Below are positions 61,137 to 62,571 of a stretch of 62,571 nt of DNA, piece by piece. How positions within the stretch are numbered: position 1 is the stretch's first letter; every line of letters begins with the position of its first letter. Under the pieces are notes generated by a model. That model was not told the origin of the DNA. It did no database searches and saw only the letters and a program-made list of their open reading frames with translations. A program made the position numbers and the translations under genes. The stretch covers positions 1-62,571 of the forward strand of contig DAOWEJ010000002.1 in NCBI GenBank assembly GCA_030638575.1, given 5' to 3'. The DNA is from Deltaproteobacteria bacterium. GTDB taxonomy: Bacteria; Desulfobacterota; Desulfobacteria; Desulfobacterales; JAUWMJ01.

Positions 61137-62234
61137 ATGCAAAAATCCAAATTTACAGCATATTTCTATATATATTTCATAATTTCAATGCTTGTATTTT
61201 TAAGTCCTGGTTTTGATTCCTCTGCAGCTCAGAACAGTAAGAAACAAGGCACACCAGCTGTTCCGGTTCGGATAGCCAGAGTAGAAAAAAAGATCGTTTC
61301 AGATCAGATATCACTGGTCGGAACTACGCAGGCAATTAAAAAAAGTACTGTTGCCGCCGAAGTGCCGGGAGTTGTAAAATATTTTCCCGTTAAAGAAGGG
61401 GATTATGTTAAGAAAGGCGATCTGCTTGTAAGTCTAAGATCTATAAACTTAAAGTTACAGTTAAAAGGTGCTGTAGCAGCGAGGGAGAAGACCGATGCAA
61501 ATCTTGAGAATGCGAAAAATGAACTTGAACGTGTAAGCAGGCTTAAAGACGCAAACAGTATTGCTGAAAGAAAATATGATGAGGCCCTTTATAACTATCG
61601 CGCTCTTTCCCAGGAACTGGTGCGAAACAATGCCAAAATAGAACAACTTGAATATGAAATTTCACAAAAAAAAGTTCTTTCACCTTTTTCAGGTTTTATA
61701 GCCGTTGAACACACACAGGTGGGCCAATGGGTCAGCTCCGGCGGAGCTGTGGTTACCCTCATTGATCTTAGCAAAATACGCATAACTGTTGATGTTCCTG
61801 AGCGGTATGCAGTCCTGCTTCCTGAAAAAGGCAAAGTCAAGGTAAAGGTTAAAAGCATATCAGGCAAACCGCTTTCAGGGAGAATTTATGCAATACTACC
61901 CCAGGGGGATTCAGAATCCAGGACATTTCCTGTAAGGATAAACCTTGCAAATCCCGGGTTTAAGATTAGAAGCGGGATGGAAGTTTTTGTTACTTTCGAA
62001 CTGGCGCGGAAAAGGAACGCACTTCTTGTTCCAAAGGATTCTGTTGTTACTGCCGGAGATAATAAAATAGTCTTTTCTGTTGCCGGCGGAAAAGCAGTTC
62101 CTGTCAGAGTAAAAATTACAGGTTATTTCGACGGTTATGTGGCTGTTGAAGGAAATCTGAAGCCCGGGGATCAAGTCGTCATACGGGGTAATGAGCGCCT
62201 GAGGCCGGGGCAGGCGATTGAAGTACAAAACTAA
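61137..62234 (+). CDS. efflux RND transporter periplasmic adaptor subunit (HlyD/MFP family)
   Basis: Signal/anchor sequence, a lipoyl-like hairpin flanking a coiled coil (LKLQLKGAVAAREKTDANLENAKNELERV...), and beta-barrel and MP domains. Confidence 0.85.
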   Translation: MQKSKFTAYFYIYFIISMLVFLSPGFDSSAAQNSKKQGTPAVPVRIARVEKKIVSDQISLVGTTQAIKKSTVAAEVPGVVKYFPVKEGDYVKKGDLLVSLRSINLKLQLKGAVAAREKTDANLENAKNELERVSRLKDANSIAERKYDEALYNYRALSQELVRNNAKIEQLEYEISQKKVLSPFSGFIAVEHTQVGQWVSSGGAVVTLIDLSKIRITVDVPERYAVLLPEKGKVKVKVKSISGKPLSGRIYAILPQGDSESRTFPVRINLANPGFKIRSGMEVFVTFELARKRNALLVPKDSVVTAGDNKIVFSVAGGKAVPVRVKITGYFDGYVAVEGNLKPGDQVVIRGNERLRPGQAIEVQN

Positions 62235-62390
62235 GTTTTCGCAACATCATATTTCAACGTAAAAATAACATGCCGGCTGAGATCGACAACAAATTATCGA
62301 TATGATATTGCTAAGTACCTAACCCGGATAAACCGGAAACAACAAAATACAAGCATCCATTCTCCGTAGCAGGCTACTGCGAAGGATGAA

Positions 62391-62571
62391 CCAAATTTCA
62401 AATAAATTCCAAATTACAATATAAAAATCTTAAATAAGATTAAAAACCAATAGTTCTTTGCCAGCATTGTAATTTATTTGTCATTTGCTTTTTGAATATT
62501 GTGATTTATTTGTCATTTGTCATTTGTCATTTGGCTATTGTGATTTGTTTGCTATTTGTCTTTTGTTTTCT
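62391..62571. repeat. repeat family I-like copy I2 (cut by window end)
   Basis: ccaaatttcaaataaattccaaattacaat...cattgtaatttatttgtcatttg...gtcatttgtcatttgtcatttgg has the same word style as I1. Confidence 0.5.

Overview
This is a 62.6-kb chromosomal window. Gene content (CooC-like ATPase, DUF362 ferredoxin, sigma-54 regulators) and a very heavy load of structured intergenic repeats suggest a Desulfobacterales-type deltaproteobacterium, but the taxon is a guess.

**Left part (1-11.1 kb): housekeeping and signalling genes**
- LivK-type substrate-binding protein, cut by the window edge and missing from the ORF track
- MBL-fold hydrolase and a TPR protein
- CHASE2-Ser/Thr kinase
- REC-REC-PEP/pyruvate-binding protein
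- nadE

**11.1-19.5 kb: accessory block that reads as a defence island (looks AT-richer by eye)**
- An orphan ORC/STAND-like ATPase.
- A Panacea(DUF4065)-like antitoxin overlapping a divergent MazF/PemK-fold toxin.
- A complete Type III restriction-modification pair (mod/res).

**Middle (19.5-40.5 kb): mostly housekeeping**
- DUF362 ferredoxin, TIGR01212 radical SAM, mnmG, CbpA-like J-protein, hpt
- An acidic zinc-ribbon/DUF3426 protein with recent internal duplications
- tRNA(CAU), PurD-like ligase, DUF1992, ddl, an ATP-grasp protein, purE, tsaC-like, tRNA-Leu(CAA)
- Hybrid histidine kinase, polyprenol-kinase-like membrane protein, Ski2-like helicase, CooC-like ATPase

**Right part (41.0-60.4 kb, all minus strand): an MSHA-type type IVa pilus cluster, collinear with mshIJKLM-E-G**
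- A membrane-anchored sigma-54 activator.
- Three tandem short pilin paralogs. The promoter-proximal one has a good sigma-54 promoter. The middle one has ATA where ATG is expected.
- An embedded ECF sigma/membrane-protein pair and two minor pilins.
- A 1,095-aa ORF that looks like a minor pilin joined to a PilX-N-type giant adhesin. The join reads through a degenerate 8-bp-periodic hairpin repeat.
- An RND adaptor gene follows the cluster.

**Cross-cutting signal: non-autonomous hairpin/MITE-like repeats**
- At least ten families are present, and the window has no transposase or integrase.
- They fill nearly every intergenic gap.
- They create false N-terminal ORF extensions and shadow ORFs.
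- In two cases they sit in-frame inside long ORFs (the helicase and the giant pilin).

All functional calls rest on motif and pattern recognition by eye. No database search was run.
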